Shown here in pieces: positions 17,719 through 26,646 of a DNA stretch of 34,256 nucleotides. This stretch comes from Candidatus Nanohaloarchaea archaeon (GTDB lineage: Archaea > Nanohalarchaeota > Nanosalinia > Nanosalinales > Nanosalinaceae), in NCBI GenBank assembly GCA_041639695.1, contig JBEQBQ010000010.1, forward strand, positions 1 through 34,256. The letters run 5' to 3'. The first letter of the stretch is position 1. Each line of letters begins with the position of its first letter. A program made the position numbers and the translations under genes. Below the pieces are notes generated by a model. That model was not told the origin of the DNA. It saw nothing but the letters and a program-made list of their open reading frames with translations, and did not search any database.

Positions 17719-18934
17719 AAAGATTATAGATACTATAGGTTATACAGCTGTTTCCGTAACTTTCAACAATCTCATAGTCTCTTTCAGATCTTAAAACAGC
17801 GAATGATGCATTCTCCTCCTCATGCAACTTTTGTAGAGACTTCCATGGGGAATGAACGGTTCTATCAAGTTCAAAGCCTGCTACCGCCCAATTATGGGAA
17901 ACTATATCGCCCTTCAAATCTTTAGTATGATCGAGTGTCTGATGGAGTGGCTGGGCACACTTATTGTGCGTGGTGTAGTTCGAAGTTACCGCCAACCCGG
18001 AGGTCAAAATCATTACGGAGGATGCTACGATAAACATTTTTCTGTCCAGACCTCTGTAAGCCATCAACAGAACAAATGGTAGTGAGGCAAGCCAGTAACG
18101 CTGGAACGAGTTTCCTGAGAAAAGTAGCATGAATAATGTATAAGACACCAGCATGAATTTCTCGACAGAAGGAGATTTTTTCCAGCCATAGGCCGCCGCA
18201 GGCAATAATGTTGAGAGCATCGAGATCATAGAGAGAATACTAGCCCCTGTGGCAGCGAAGAGCCCTGAGCTGGACCATTTTGTAACTCTAGTAACGTACA
18301 TTACAACTTTTGAGAACGGGCTCCCATATTCAAGGAAGCTGTAGGCCATGAAAGGTAGTGCGCCGATTAGACCTCCACCTATATAGTTCAGGATTTTTTT
18401 CTTGTTGTTTAGTAGGAATGCGAAAGCCATTCCGAATGCGAACATGAAGAACAGGTATCGGAATGTCGCTGCCACTGACATCAGTATTCCTGCATATAGG
18501 AAATTCTTTTTCTTGTACATGTAGAGCGATCCGAGTATAAAAAGTAAGGCAGGAACATCAGTGTAGACTCTTGCGGACCAGTGAAGCATTAAAGGTGCAA
18601 GACCGAAGAAAGCTGTCGGCAGTATCGGATCTTCAAACTCTCTTTCAGCTATCCTGTAGAATACTAGTATAGAAGCGATCCCAAACACCATTACTGCCAG
18701 TCTGGCAGCTAGGACTGATTCACCTGTCATGTTCCATATGCCGGATATGATGAGTGATATCGCGGCGGGTCGGCTCTCTTCGAAGTTTCCTTCCTGTCCC
18801 GAGAAATGTTCAGCGTTTAACAAAAACGATCCTTCATCCCATTCCAGAAACCCGTTGAATGCGAAGAAACCTGAGATTAGAGTGAAGACAATTAGAATGA
18901 TTAGGAGACGGGAGTCAAGTTTTTCAAGTTCCAT
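17702..18934 (-). CDS. GT-C membrane glycosyltransferase (ArnT/PMT_2-like)
   Basis: 'WDE' after TM1, 'RP', 'YTDVP', 'RY' motifs, polytopic. Confidence 0.8.
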   Translation of the reverse strand: MELEKLDSRLLIILIVFTLISGFFAFNGFLEWDEGSFLLNAEHFSGQEGNFEESRPAAISLIISGIWNMTGESVLAARLAVMVFGIASILVFYRIAEREFEDPILPTAFFGLAPLMLHWSARVYTDVPALLFILGSLYMYKKKNFLYAGILMSVAATFRYLFFMFAFGMAFAFLLNNKKKILNYIGGGLIGALPFMAYSFLEYGSPFSKVVMYVTRVTKWSSSGLFAATGASILSMISMLSTLLPAAAYGWKKSPSVEKFMLVSYTLFMLLFSGNSFQRYWLASLPFVLLMAYRGLDRKMFIVASSVMILTSGLAVTSNYTTHNKCAQPLHQTLDHTKDLKGDIVSHNWAVAGFELDRTVHSPWKSLQKLHEEENASFAVLRSERDYEIVESYGNSCITYSIYNLSTPSS

Positions 18935-18967
18935 AAGGACTTCTACGGTTCTAACCGCCTTAAACCT

Positions 18968-20122
18968 TTAGTTGTTCTTCATTATTTCCCTGAGGAAGAC
19001 TGTGGCGTAGCTTCCTTTAGGTAGGTCGAACTTGACAGTCATTTTGTTCTTGTTCATGTTGAGGTCATCGTCTTCGATCTCCAGAACCTCGAAGTTCCTG
19101 AAGTCTGCGAATGCTCTCCTGTAAGTACCTTCAGACCTTAGTTCAGGGAAGTCTTGGAGCCTAAAGTCTTCCTGCTTGACCCCCTCTTCTTCCAGAACTT
19201 CTTCAATCATATTTTCAGGTTTGTTGTCCTTCAAGTCGGTTTTGTATCCTACCAGAGGAATTTCGTACTCGGGATCGAACCAGTCTTCTTCTAGAAGCCT
19301 TGAGAGAACCCTGTTGAATACCCAAGATTGATATGCGTGGACAAATAGTTGCTGGAGGCCTTCTGGCAATCTCTTGATTGCGCCTTTGTAGTCTCCTTCG
19401 TTCTTTGTAATATGGTATAGAAGTGCTTTTTCGTATCTGTACTGTTCAGGGAACTTTTCGGCTGCGTCTTCAGGATCTCGTGTCTCCCACAGCTCGTCCC
19501 TGATCTTCCTAATGGACTTGTATTCTTCATCGTAAGGCTTCGCTATATAGGTCCATACTGCCTCTTCAAAGTTGCCTTTGAGGATGTGCCTTCCTACCTG
19601 GTGGGTTATAGGCCTTGCTGAACCGAATCGCTGTCTTCCGAAGTAGTTAGGGAACTTGCCGTCAAGCCCCTCAACTGTCTTGAGAGAACGGTTTCTGAGG
19701 TCTTCAATAGGGAACATGAGCTGTCTGATCGTGATCTCGAACCGGTTGGCTGAAAGATTTCCTAGCCCTATATAGTCCCCTTTACCGACAACCTCCAGAT
19801 CGAACTCGTCAGTGAAGACTTGGTTGACATCCATCTCGTCAACGCCTTGGATAGAAATGTACTGTTCTGTGACTGCTCTCTTGTCTTTGTTACCTGCATA
19901 ACCAATTCTGTCTTTAGAAATATGGAGCATGTTGGAAAGTTTATCTATAGCATCCATAGTCGTCATGTTTTGCTTTCTTAGCTTAACGATTAGATGATCG
20001 CCCTCCCCTGTATCGTGGGACGCCATCTCTGTTACTATAAAGTCGTTTACCTGTTCCTTTATCTCTCCTTTAATTCCTGTTGTTTCTGTGTAATGTTCTA
20101 GATTCATCACGTCGTCCATCAT
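18968..20122 (-). CDS. truD: tRNA pseudouridine(13) synthase
   Basis: YAGNKDKRAVTEQ, NRFEI, PNYFGRQRFG, HAYQS, FDLPKGSYAT. Confidence 0.97.
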   Translation of the reverse strand: MMDDVMNLEHYTETTGIKGEIKEQVNDFIVTEMASHDTGEGDHLIVKLRKQNMTTMDAIDKLSNMLHISKDRIGYAGNKDKRAVTEQYISIQGVDEMDVNQVFTDEFDLEVVGKGDYIGLGNLSANRFEITIRQLMFPIEDLRNRSLKTVEGLDGKFPNYFGRQRFGSARPITHQVGRHILKGNFEEAVWTYIAKPYDEEYKSIRKIRDELWETRDPEDAAEKFPEQYRYEKALLYHITKNEGDYKGAIKRLPEGLQQLFVHAYQSWVFNRVLSRLLEEDWFDPEYEIPLVGYKTDLKDNKPENMIEEVLEEEGVKQEDFRLQDFPELRSEGTYRRAFADFRNFEVLEIEDDDLNMNKNKMTVKFDLPKGSYATVFLREIMKNN

Positions 20123-20466
20123 TCTATCAACCTCAGTTCTCCAGTTAAACTATCAATTTTGTCCGATTCCGCAGGACCGATAGCTAAAGCAGTCTTGCTA
20201 CCTGGCTCAACTTCAGTGTGCCCGGCATCTTTTACTAGGTATGCCGGCAGTTTATTATATTTAGCATCGGATAGCAAATCCTGCAATTTTTGGCTTCCAC
20301 TAGCTAGTATCACTTTTTTAGCGCCCTTGTTTTCCCATTCTTGTCTCTTCTGAGTATCCGCTTTCTTGTAGGCGCCTAGAGAAGCATGTGCGGCCTGTGC
20401 GGCAGTTTTACCTTTAGATAAGCCGAGCTGTTCGTTTACCACTATTACCTGTTTTAGTTCGGACAT
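20119..20466 (-). CDS. pth2: Peptidyl-tRNA hydrolase Pth2
   Basis: KQVIVV…SKGK.AAQAAHA…KKV…DAGHTEV.PGS.TALAIGP. Confidence 0.97.
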   Translation of the reverse strand: MSELKQVIVVNEQLGLSKGKTAAQAAHASLGAYKKADTQKRQEWENKGAKKVILASGSQKLQDLLSDAKYNKLPAYLVKDAGHTEVEPGSKTALAIGPAESDKIDSLTGELRLIE

Positions 20467-20528
20467 CGGTTCTAACTATGTTTATTGACTAACTCTTGGA
20501 TTTTAAGTACTTTTTGGTAACAACTATA

Positions 20529-20561
20529 TTGACCTTTTAGTCAAGTACACTTGACCAAATT
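20529..20561. repeat. Overlapping inverted repeats TTGAC-N6-GTCAA-N6-TTGAC
   Basis: TTGAC 20529, GTCAA 20540, TTGAC 20551; perfect GTCAAGT-ac-ACTTGAC at 20540-20555. Confidence 0.6.
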
Positions 20562-20623
20562 ATACCCAAATACTAAATAAGCAATCCCACTTAACAACTT
20601 GAACTCCGCAGAATAAAGAAACT

Positions 20624-20729
20624 TGGGTCCACCCAGATTCGAACTGGGGATCTTCGCCTTGTAAGGGCGACGTCTTAGTCCAAAGCCAGCAGAGCTGAAA
20701 CCCCGGATAACCAACTAGACCATGGACCC
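20624..20729 (-). tRNA. tRNA-Val(TAC) with a 32-nt intron in the D-arm (20675-20706); CCA not encoded
   Basis: Acceptor stem GGGTCCA/TGGACCC, anticodon arm TCGCC-CTTACAA-GGCGA, T-arm CCCAG-TTCGAAT-CTGGG; removing the insert gives a 74-nt cloverleaf; TTTAAAA box about 30 nt upstream. Confidence 0.92.
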
Positions 20730-20776
20730 TTCTATACTGTGAAACAGGAGATGAACTCTTTTAAACCTCTACTCCA

Positions 20777-22633
20777 TCAGATTTCCTTCCTGAGTATCGG
20801 GTCGTAGACCTCATCGCCCTTCGAGTAGTAAGGATAGTACACAAGTTTTGGATCAGGATAGCCTAACGATTCTTCATCCTTCTGTTTCTCGATAAGTTTT
20901 TCGGCATCCACCCGTTCCTCAACGAGCTCCTGGTCAAAGTAGCTGTCTTCAACCACCAGCTCTTTATCCTTGACTTTCCCTTTAGCTCTCAGTTTGTCGA
21001 TAACTGAAGCAACTTTAGAGATCGAATCTTCTCTTTCCTCTACTATCTCCTGCTTGTCCATACCGTCCCGGATCATCGAAACAATTTCTTCCTCTTCCTC
21101 CGAAATCTTCTTCTCCTCGGCCTTGACCTCACCATTTACCGCATCGATCAACAGTTTTTTCTCGCCGTCTTCAACCATGTAGAGCGGGTAGTACGCGACG
21201 TCGAACTTGTGGCCTTTTTCAGTTTCGACCTCTTCCTTAGACCTTTTGGGCTTGAACATTTTGATCTTCTCTTTCTCCTCGTACGTCTCCGAGGTCTGGG
21301 TGGTTCCGCCGTGCTTCGATTTCCTTGTACGAACATCGGTCATAACCGGGTAGTCGTTTCCAAGTATGAAACAAACTCCTGGCGGAAGAGATTTGATCAT
21401 AGATTCGACTTCTGAAGTAATTCCTTCGAACGATTTGGATATAGCTTTCAGGTCGTTCGGGTTAGTAACTCTTAAGATGAACTGGGTGTTGCACTGGGAT
21501 AGGACGTTCTTGTCGATTCTTGCCGGCCTCTGGGAGATAACACCGAGACCTAAACCGAACTTTCTTCCCTCCGAAGCAATCTTTCTCAGTATGTCGTTTG
21601 ATAATGCCTTTCCAAAACCTTTCTCCGGCGCAAAGTTGTGTGCTTCTTCTATAACCATGATGAAAGGTGGGATCAAATTCTTCTTCCTCAACTCGAACAT
21701 CCTCTTTGCAAGCATGAACATCGTCATCTCCGCGGTCTCAGGCTCCACGGCTTTCAGGTTGATGACCGTGGCCTCTCCAGGAGTTAATAGCTCTTCAAGA
21801 TCGACCGGGTCCTCTGTAAACAGTCCGGACTCGTCGAGCTGTTCCATCGAGTTCAAAAGATTCCACTTAGCTGTAGAGTCTTCCTGAGAGACAGCATCCA
21901 TCAGACCGGTTAGTGTGTAATCGTCTTCCTTATCCCTCAACCGTTTTAATGCGTTGTAAAGCACCCCCATCTGCGAATTGGTTAAATTATCAGGAATAAC
22001 ATTCAGCAATTCTTTTTTCTCCATGTTAACCGATGAAAAGCTTAGGGGTAGCGCCTCCTGGTTGATATCGGTGTTGGGCGAGTACTCTGTAACTTCATAG
22101 CCTCGAGATTCACCTTCCTCTTTCTCCGGGTTAGGAAGTTTAAGTGACGAGAATTCGCCGTGAGGATCGATTACCATGATCGGTAGGTCTTGGTCGAGCA
22201 TCTCCTCACATAATACGCCCGTAAGATAGCTCTTTCCTGCTCCGGTCTGCGCTAGGACGCCGAAGTGTTTGTAGAAGTCGTCTTTGTTGACAAAAATGTC
22301 GATATCCGGGTTCGTTTCAAGGTTACCGACCTGAAGACCTGAATCCTTCAGTCCTAAAGTGTCAGAGATAAGCTCCTGGTCAGCAGAGTAGACGATCGAG
22401 CCCGGCTCTATAACCCTTCTAGGTGCCTTTGTCAGCCCTTTGTCCCTATATCCGATTATGTTGGCGTTTGCCATAGTCTCTCCATCAGGCTTTTTTGTTA
22501 CTTGTTCGACCTGCCCCAGAATCCATTTATCATTATTTTTGACTGAGATAAAGTCGAACTTCTTCACTTCTTCCGTAGCTCTAAATTTGAAGGAAGATGT
22601 ATCGACGTTTCCTTCGATCGTCCCTAGCTTCAT
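20777..22633 (-). CDS. HerA/FtsK-family (DUF87) ATPase with an N-terminal HAS barrel and a C-terminal extension
   Basis: HFGVLAQTGAGKS, IDPHGEF, IEEAHNFAP, IASEGRKFG, SQRPA. Confidence 0.9.
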   Translation of the reverse strand: MKLGTIEGNVDTSSFKFRATEEVKKFDFISVKNNDKWILGQVEQVTKKPDGETMANANIIGYRDKGLTKAPRRVIEPGSIVYSADQELISDTLGLKDSGLQVGNLETNPDIDIFVNKDDFYKHFGVLAQTGAGKSYLTGVLCEEMLDQDLPIMVIDPHGEFSSLKLPNPEKEEGESRGYEVTEYSPNTDINQEALPLSFSSVNMEKKELLNVIPDNLTNSQMGVLYNALKRLRDKEDDYTLTGLMDAVSQEDSTAKWNLLNSMEQLDESGLFTEDPVDLEELLTPGEATVINLKAVEPETAEMTMFMLAKRMFELRKKNLIPPFIMVIEEAHNFAPEKGFGKALSNDILRKIASEGRKFGLGLGVISQRPARIDKNVLSQCNTQFILRVTNPNDLKAISKSFEGITSEVESMIKSLPPGVCFILGNDYPVMTDVRTRKSKHGGTTQTSETYEEKEKIKMFKPKRSKEEVETEKGHKFDVAYYPLYMVEDGEKKLLIDAVNGEVKAEEKKISEEEEEIVSMIRDGMDKQEIVEEREDSISKVASVIDKLRAKGKVKDKELVVEDSYFDQELVEERVDAEKLIEKQKDEESLGYPDPKLVYYPYYSKGDEVYDPILRKEI

Positions 22634-22720
22634 CGATAAGAAACGGTTCTCATACCATATTCAAAAAACTGTCTCGGACCAGGAGTGGAATTTAAGAAGC
22701 TGGTTCTAAACTGTTTGAAT

Positions 22721-23155
22721 ATGGAACTTGGCGAAGACTTGAAGAAGAATCTTATATTTCTCGGAGCAACAATTCTATTGATTTCACTGGTTTTCGCCGG
22801 AAAAAACGTTGTGACGCCGGAAGATCCTGTAAGAGTAGGATACACAGAAGTCACTACAGAGTGCAAAGGTATTGATGTCGGTGTCTGTATCGGCTTCCAG
22901 AAAAGAGATCACACAACCTACAACTACGATAACTATACAGAGGCAGAACCAGGCACGGAAGACTACTACAGAAGGGTTGAGGCCGAACTAATGTACCAGG
23001 CTTACAGCATCTGCGACCAGAATACTGAGGGAATGGCGTGGACGGATGAAGCGTCTTACGACAATAAAACAGCCACAGAATGGATGGAGAACGAGAACGT
23101 CCAGCTGATGCCTTGCGATCAGACCTTTTACAGGCCTCTGAATGCCACGGAATAG
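22721..23155 (+). CDS. Membrane-anchored extracellular hypothetical protein
   Basis: TM helix followed by an acidic domain with 4 Cys; ATG 22721 preferred over GTG 22685. Confidence 0.7.
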   Translation: MELGEDLKKNLIFLGATILLISLVFAGKNVVTPEDPVRVGYTEVTTECKGIDVGVCIGFQKRDHTTYNYDNYTEAEPGTEDYYRRVEAELMYQAYSICDQNTEGMAWTDEASYDNKTATEWMENENVQLMPCDQTFYRPLNATE

Positions 23156-23156
23156 A

Positions 23157-24152
23157 TCAGCTCAAAGATCTCTGCTCTTCATAAGCTGTAGCCAAAGCTT
23201 CAACCGTATCGGCAAACTGAGCTGTTGCCTCACCATACTCGGTCCTTGAATAAGATCCATCCTCATTCACAACCAATCCGGCCAGCTCAAGTTGCCTTAT
23301 GTTATTATTGACGGTTTCTTTCTCAGCACCAATTTCTTCTGCTATATCGGATTTAGTTCTGCCCTCTGAGTTGTAGAGAATCTGTCTTCTATCCTCTGTC
23401 TCCAGCTTGCTTAGGGCTTCTGATACATAGAACAGATTATCTGTCCCTTCTACGCTAAAAAGTGTGTTTACCTCTCCCCGATCAAGCCCCATAACGGTCA
23501 CCGAACGCGGACTACGGCCTTCGCCGTAGGGCGTGGTTGATTCGCCTGATGCCGGGAAAGCGAACCTGCTCACAGGCCCATAATCCATCTCTTCTAGGAT
23601 AGTTCCGTAGACCTGTTTGAGTTGATCATCCATCTCTTTCTGAGCTCTTTCAGCCTTTACACCTAATCCGTTAACCACTGTCTTTGTACTTCTAACGCCA
23701 CTGCTTACTTCTCCACGGAATCTGCCGTACTTCTCTCTAACAGGTTCAACCGCTTTATTGAAAACGTCTCTAACCATCTCAACGTCCTCCCCCATATCTG
23801 AGTCTCTCCAGTCTAGATGAACCTGAGCTATATCCCTTTCATCGATGACTTGTTCGATTGTCGAAATCGCCTCGTCTGTCATTTCCTCTCTCAAATCATC
23901 TATCTCTCGCTCATACCGGTCTACTTCATCCATAACTAACTGACCGAAACCTGTATATTCTTCGTCTTCTACGAGTTCTGAATCTTCAAGCTTACTAATA
24001 TTTGAATTTACAGTTGTTCTAGAAGTGTCTAATTCATCCTTAATTTCATTTACACTCATCTCTTCTAGTCTAGCAAGCACATCAAACCTGTATCCGTGCG
24101 TTCCTAGGTGATGAAACGTTTCTTCGATAAGATCGGACTCCGACATATCCAT
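23157..24152 (-). CDS. Protein with two winged-HTH (ArsR-like) domains
   Basis: N-terminal 'EIKDELDTSRTTV..NISKL…YTGFG' and C-terminal 'DIAEEIG.EKETV..NIRQL…RTEYG'. Confidence 0.75.
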   Translation of the reverse strand: MDMSESDLIEETFHHLGTHGYRFDVLARLEEMSVNEIKDELDTSRTTVNSNISKLEDSELVEDEEYTGFGQLVMDEVDRYEREIDDLREEMTDEAISTIEQVIDERDIAQVHLDWRDSDMGEDVEMVRDVFNKAVEPVREKYGRFRGEVSSGVRSTKTVVNGLGVKAERAQKEMDDQLKQVYGTILEEMDYGPVSRFAFPASGESTTPYGEGRSPRSVTVMGLDRGEVNTLFSVEGTDNLFYVSEALSKLETEDRRQILYNSEGRTKSDIAEEIGAEKETVNNNIRQLELAGLVVNEDGSYSRTEYGEATAQFADTVEALATAYEEQRSLS

Positions 24153-24247
24153 TTATTATTACTAAAAATATTTTAATCCGGAAAGTTCCGTTTGCACAAG
24201 TTAAAAATCTTCCTCCCGGAATTCAGATTATAAGAGGTATTCAAACT

Positions 24248-24739
24248 ATGTCTGACGCAGAGTATGTTGAAAGAACTTTTGTCGCACTAAAACCTGACGC
24301 AGTTAAGAGAGGTCTTGTCGGAGAGATCACATCCCGTTTCGAGGACGCAGGATTCAAGATCATGGGAATGAAGATGGTTCAGGCCACAGACCAGCTTCTC
24401 GAACAGCACTATGCTGAGCACGTTGACAAGCCTTTCTACGACGATCTAGCTAACTTCATGAAGTCAGGTCCTGTCGTTGCATTAGTTCTTGAAGGCGTTC
24501 ACGCAGCAGAGAATCTAAGAAAAATTGTCGGAGACACAGATGCTTCCGAAGCACACCCTGCAACCATCAGAGGTCGTTACGGACACATGTCGATGGATTA
24601 CGCGGACGATGCCGGAAGACACTACAAGAACCTTGTCCACGCTTCCGAGCCGGGAGAGGCAGAGGAAGAAATCAGCATCTGGTTTGAAGAAAGCGAGCTC
24701 CACGAGTACGACCACTCGCAGGACGAACACGCCAGATAA
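24248..24739 (+). CDS. ndk: Nucleoside diphosphate kinase
   Basis: ERTFVALKPDAV.RGLVGEI, HY.EH..KPF, SGPV, TIRG, NLVHAS. Confidence 0.97.
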   Translation: MSDAEYVERTFVALKPDAVKRGLVGEITSRFEDAGFKIMGMKMVQATDQLLEQHYAEHVDKPFYDDLANFMKSGPVVALVLEGVHAAENLRKIVGDTDASEAHPATIRGRYGHMSMDYADDAGRHYKNLVHASEPGEAEEEISIWFEESELHEYDHSQDEHAR

Positions 24740-24771
24740 CTTTTTACATATCTCTTTTCCTTTAATTCTTC

Positions 24772-24981
24772 ATGTCCAACAATAATAGACTCTACAGATC
24801 TGAAAACGATAGAATTCTTGGAGGAGTTTGTGGAGGCATAGCTGAGGTCTACCACTTTGATCCCTCTATAGTGCGTCTCGTAGCTCTAGCAGCTATATTT
24901 TTTGGAATAGGTTCTCCTGTACTGGCTTATCTCGTTGCATGGGTTATTATTCCGACAGAAAGAGAAGTAAAGAAAAGTTAG
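24772..24981 (+). CDS. pspC: PspC domain protein
   Basis: RLYRS..DRILGGVCGGIAE…DP..VRL…YLVAWVIIP. Confidence 0.92.
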   Translation: MSNNNRLYRSENDRILGGVCGGIAEVYHFDPSIVRLVALAAIFFGIGSPVLAYLVAWVIIPTEREVKKS

Positions 24982-25000
24982 GAGTGGGAAGGATTCCCTG

Positions 25001-26644
25001 CTATTTCAGCTCCTTGATTTGTTCGAGGTTAAGCTCAAATGCTGCAACTTCCTTTTCTAGCTCCCAGTTCTCCGCCACTTCTGAGTTGATTTCGCCGATG
25101 AAACCGACTTTCTCCCCGTTCAGGAACAGATCGGCGGAACGATTTGTTTTCATGAATGGTTTCTCGTCCTCTTTAACCTCAAATTCGATTCCCAGATCTC
25201 TTTCAAGGACTTGAAGCTTTTGCTTTACATCCGTATAGTCTACATCGGAGTCCGAAACTATGTATGCAAGCTTTTTGCCATTTGAAGCACCAGTAGCAGA
25301 TTTATCCTGCTTTACCACATCAGCTGTCTCGAAAAATTCTTGTGGGTAAGCTCTGTGCTTGTTTTCTTTCAGCACTTCAAGCATGGATGGAAGAAGCCAA
25401 CTTCTCAAAGTAGAGTATTCTTCGGTAAGAGCGTTCTCCAGTTTGACATTACCCTCAACGTTTCTCTCCATCTTGTGGAACAGCTTCTCCTCGCTGGAAA
25501 GTGCATGGGTGTAAGCTTCAAGTGCGCCGGAATCAGTCATTATATCTCTGATGAGATCGGATAGTTCTGTGATCTGTTTCAGACCGCCTTCTTGATCGAC
25601 TTCGGGAGTCTCCGGCTCGATGTTGTCGTATCCGTGCGCGATCACTACGTCCTCGATCAGATCATACTGATGCATAACATCAGTTCTGTAACATGGAACT
25701 TCGACCATGATCCCGTCATCGTTCTTACGTGCTCCGTACTTCATCATTTCCAGCCGTTCAACTACTTCATCCTTGTCAAGATCGAGGCCTGAAACTGATC
25801 GTAAGTATTCCACGTCAAGCTCTATTTCTTCAGGTTCAAGGTTAGGCATCTCCATCTCATCGACCTGAATTTTCTCGATGGTTCCTCCTCTTTCCTGCAA
25901 AGCTGTAGCTAAAATATTCAACGCTTTCTGGACAGTCTCTCTATGCTTCCCTGTAACATCGATAAAGATGTCTGTTGTACCTGCATCCACCTCTGTCAAC
26001 TGGTTGTTGATGATAGGAGGGAATGAAAGCACCTGATCCTCGGAATCCACGATCACCGGATACTTCTCCTCGTCTTCAAGAATCCATGCAAACTCCTGAC
26101 CTTTCTTATGTTCTTCAAGTATTTCTCCTAGCTGCATCTGTTTCTGTTTCTCAAGAGGTTTGAAGGAAATGGTTTCAGGTTCTACAGCTTTGTAAGTGAA
26201 AGGTGGTTCTAGTTCTGAAAGATCATGTAAACCTATGGCGAGCTTGTCCCTTCTTCTGCCCATGGTTTCGTGCATCTTTTCCTGTAACTGGATCAAGCCG
26301 TTAATCTTCTTTTTCGAAAGTTCAACATCTCTGATTACTGCTCCGCCGATAAATGGCCTTACATCCGATACCGAGGAGTCGACATCAACTTCGATCTGTG
26401 GTTCTTCAGCAGTATAGTTTTTTCTTCCTGTCTCGACTTCGAAGAAACCTCTGTAAGCTCTTGCCAGTCCTTCGACTGATAGGCAGTCCGGTCTGTTAGG
26501 GTATGTTTCAACATCGCAGACGTTTCCGTCGATTGAATGCCAGTGAACCCCCATGAATGAGCCTTCTTCTATCAGCTTTTCGTTGTCAATCTCTTCTCCC
26601 ATTAGTTCGATGAACTCTCTTCTGTCTATCTCAATACTTGCCAT
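25001..26644 (-). CDS. pheT: Phenylalanyl-tRNA synthetase beta subunit (archaeal type)
   Basis: PNRPDCLSVEGLARA, LQEK.H..GRRR, SFPPIIN, RTDVMH..DLIEDV..GY. Confidence 0.96.
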   Translation of the reverse strand: MASIEIDRREFIELMGEEIDNEKLIEEGSFMGVHWHSIDGNVCDVETYPNRPDCLSVEGLARAYRGFFEVETGRKNYTAEEPQIEVDVDSSVSDVRPFIGGAVIRDVELSKKKINGLIQLQEKMHETMGRRRDKLAIGLHDLSELEPPFTYKAVEPETISFKPLEKQKQMQLGEILEEHKKGQEFAWILEDEEKYPVIVDSEDQVLSFPPIINNQLTEVDAGTTDIFIDVTGKHRETVQKALNILATALQERGGTIEKIQVDEMEMPNLEPEEIELDVEYLRSVSGLDLDKDEVVERLEMMKYGARKNDDGIMVEVPCYRTDVMHQYDLIEDVVIAHGYDNIEPETPEVDQEGGLKQITELSDLIRDIMTDSGALEAYTHALSSEEKLFHKMERNVEGNVKLENALTEEYSTLRSWLLPSMLEVLKENKHRAYPQEFFETADVVKQDKSATGASNGKKLAYIVSDSDVDYTDVKQKLQVLERDLGIEFEVKEDEKPFMKTNRSADLFLNGEKVGFIGEINSEVAENWELEKEVAAFELNLEQIKELK

Positions 26645-26646
26645 TT

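Noticed and set aside
20467-20623. Integrated element at tRNA-Val
   Set aside because: No integrase and no duplicated tRNA 3' end seen in the window; flanking genes are housekeeping
25984-25993. Short CATCCACC matches to the motif here and near 20905
   Set aside because: Only 8-10 bp, inside pheT and the HerA-like gene (V-D codons), without the T run
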